Source of the DNA: Paramoeba atlantica
Lineage: Eukaryota; Protista; Discosea
Assembly: GCA_977017575.1 (NCBI GenBank)
Contig: CDRNVI010000110.1
Span: 1-26,343, forward strand
Direction of reading: 5' to 3'
Length of the DNA stretch: 26,343 nucleotides
A model generated the notes under the pieces. The model was not told the origin of the DNA. It searched no databases and was given only the letters and a program-made list of their open reading frames with translations. The translations under genes were made by a program, and so were the position numbers. Numbering within the stretch: position 1 is the first letter of the stretch; the number at the start of each line of letters is the position of its first letter. This document shows, piece by piece, positions 26,289 through 26,343 of the stretch.

Positions 26289-26343
26289 CACTTATGATTA
26301 AGAAAAACTTCTAGAAAAACGTTTAGCAGAAGATAAACTCTAT

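Overview
This is a eukaryotic, almost entirely mobile-element-derived region; I recognise no housekeeping gene. A 17-nt exact match to the conserved core of the kinetoplastid spliced leader, VIPER-type elements and CRE-clade elements suggest a euglenozoan (kinetoplastid-like) host, but that is inference. It holds four divergent CRE/SLACS-like non-LTR retrotransposons (RT plus restriction-like endonuclease): CRE-1 is cut by the window edge and the other three are damaged. It also holds two divergent tyrosine-recombinase retrotransposons with the VIPER gene order gag-YR-RT/RNaseH; one is a clean 4200-bp insertion into a CRE ORF. Other content: a modular repeat family containing a polyadenylated, highly structured SINE-like unit, a 201-bp MITE, a Tc1/IS630-type transposase C-terminus, a tandem 255-bp unit with covarying hairpins, a Pro-rich ORF preceded by an SL-like sequence, and a Cys-rich orphan ORF. 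Five observations stand out. (1) Both YR elements have gag and YR in one frame separated by a single stop, with the RT frame (-1) open over the whole YR gene, suggesting recoding. (2) A Tudor/SH3-like module appears to be shared by the N-termini of both retrotransposon classes. (3) Two short motifs at the ends of the inserted element recur at breakpoints of the repeat family. (4) Two unexplained structured RNAs lie on the minus strand. (5) An SL relic precedes the Pro-rich ORF. All analysis was done by eye; no searches were run.
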